A stretch of DNA of 32,000 nt from NCBI RefSeq assembly GCF_001735745.1, contig NZ_CP017260.1:480001-512000 (forward strand), written 5' to 3'. The notes below the pieces were generated by a model. That model had not been told where the DNA came from and ran no database searches. It worked only from the letters and a program-made list of their open reading frames with translations. Of this stretch, positions 31,888 through 32,000 are shown piece after piece. The position numbers and the translations under genes were made by a program. This stretch comes from Formosa sp. Hel1_33_131 (GTDB lineage: Bacteria > Bacteroidota > Bacteroidia > Flavobacteriales > Flavobacteriaceae). The number at the start of each line of letters is the position of its first letter. Positions within the stretch are counted from its first letter, which is position 1.

Positions 31888-32000
31888 TTAGATTTTGGAT
31901 TTATTGATGTTTTTAAACATGGCATTAAGAAGTACAGTGGAAATTATAAGGGCTGCACCGATGTAAAATAGCGGTCGCATGGTTTCTGTTTGTGGAAATA
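31888..32000 (-). CDS. 3' end of a gene truncated by the window edge, or a 30-aa membrane peptide; unknown product
   Basis: The minus-strand frame is open from the window edge: ...FPQTETMRPLFYIGAALIISTVLLNAMFKNINKSKI*, with the stop at 31888-31890. It contains one hydrophobic helix. Too short to classify. Confidence 0.25.
   Translation of the reverse strand, partial: FPQTETMRPLFYIGAALIISTVLLNAMFKNINKSKI

Overview
This is an AT-rich chromosomal segment of a Bacteroidota genome, most likely family Flavobacteriaceae. Evidence for that placement: the 16S sequence, a T9SS C-terminal sorting domain, TTG-N19-TAnnTTTG promoters and leaders that mostly lack a Shine-Dalgarno (SD) site. The genus cannot be assigned without a database search. 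Gene order, left to right: a hypothetical protein; dgkA followed 3 nt later by an LtaS/MdoB-type phosphoglycerol-transferase-like membrane enzyme; a GNAT acetyltransferase; a small 2-TM peptide; a 1877-aa bacterial alpha-2-macroglobulin with an intact CTEQ thioester, followed by pbpC (PBP1C); a DUF3667 zinc-ribbon membrane protein. Next is a complete minus-strand rRNA operon (two tandem promoters, 16S, tRNA-Ile, tRNA-Ala, 23S, 5S, terminator). After it come a 1098-aa T9SS-secreted metzincin protease with a small secreted ORF upstream, and the conserved thrS-infC-rpmI-rplT cluster. A minus-strand run follows: 2OG-Fe(II) oxygenase, DUF4197 lipoprotein, an exported protein of unknown function, dnaB and accA. 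I see no integrase, transposase, CRISPR array, toxin-antitoxin pair or recognisable defence island, and composition is uniform outside the rRNA genes. I therefore cannot honestly claim a clear novel system. The best leads are: (1) an SSB-tail-like DDDTPY tip on an extended DnaB C-terminus; (2) a signal-peptide-bearing protein with a possible Cys/His/Glu amidotransferase-like signature; (3) a perfect 61-bp tandem duplication in the rRNA spacer anchored on the tRNA-Ile 3' end; (4) duplicated rRNA promoters; (5) dgkA-LtaS-like coupling; (6) the known A2M-PBP1C pair; (7) a non-canonical infC start.
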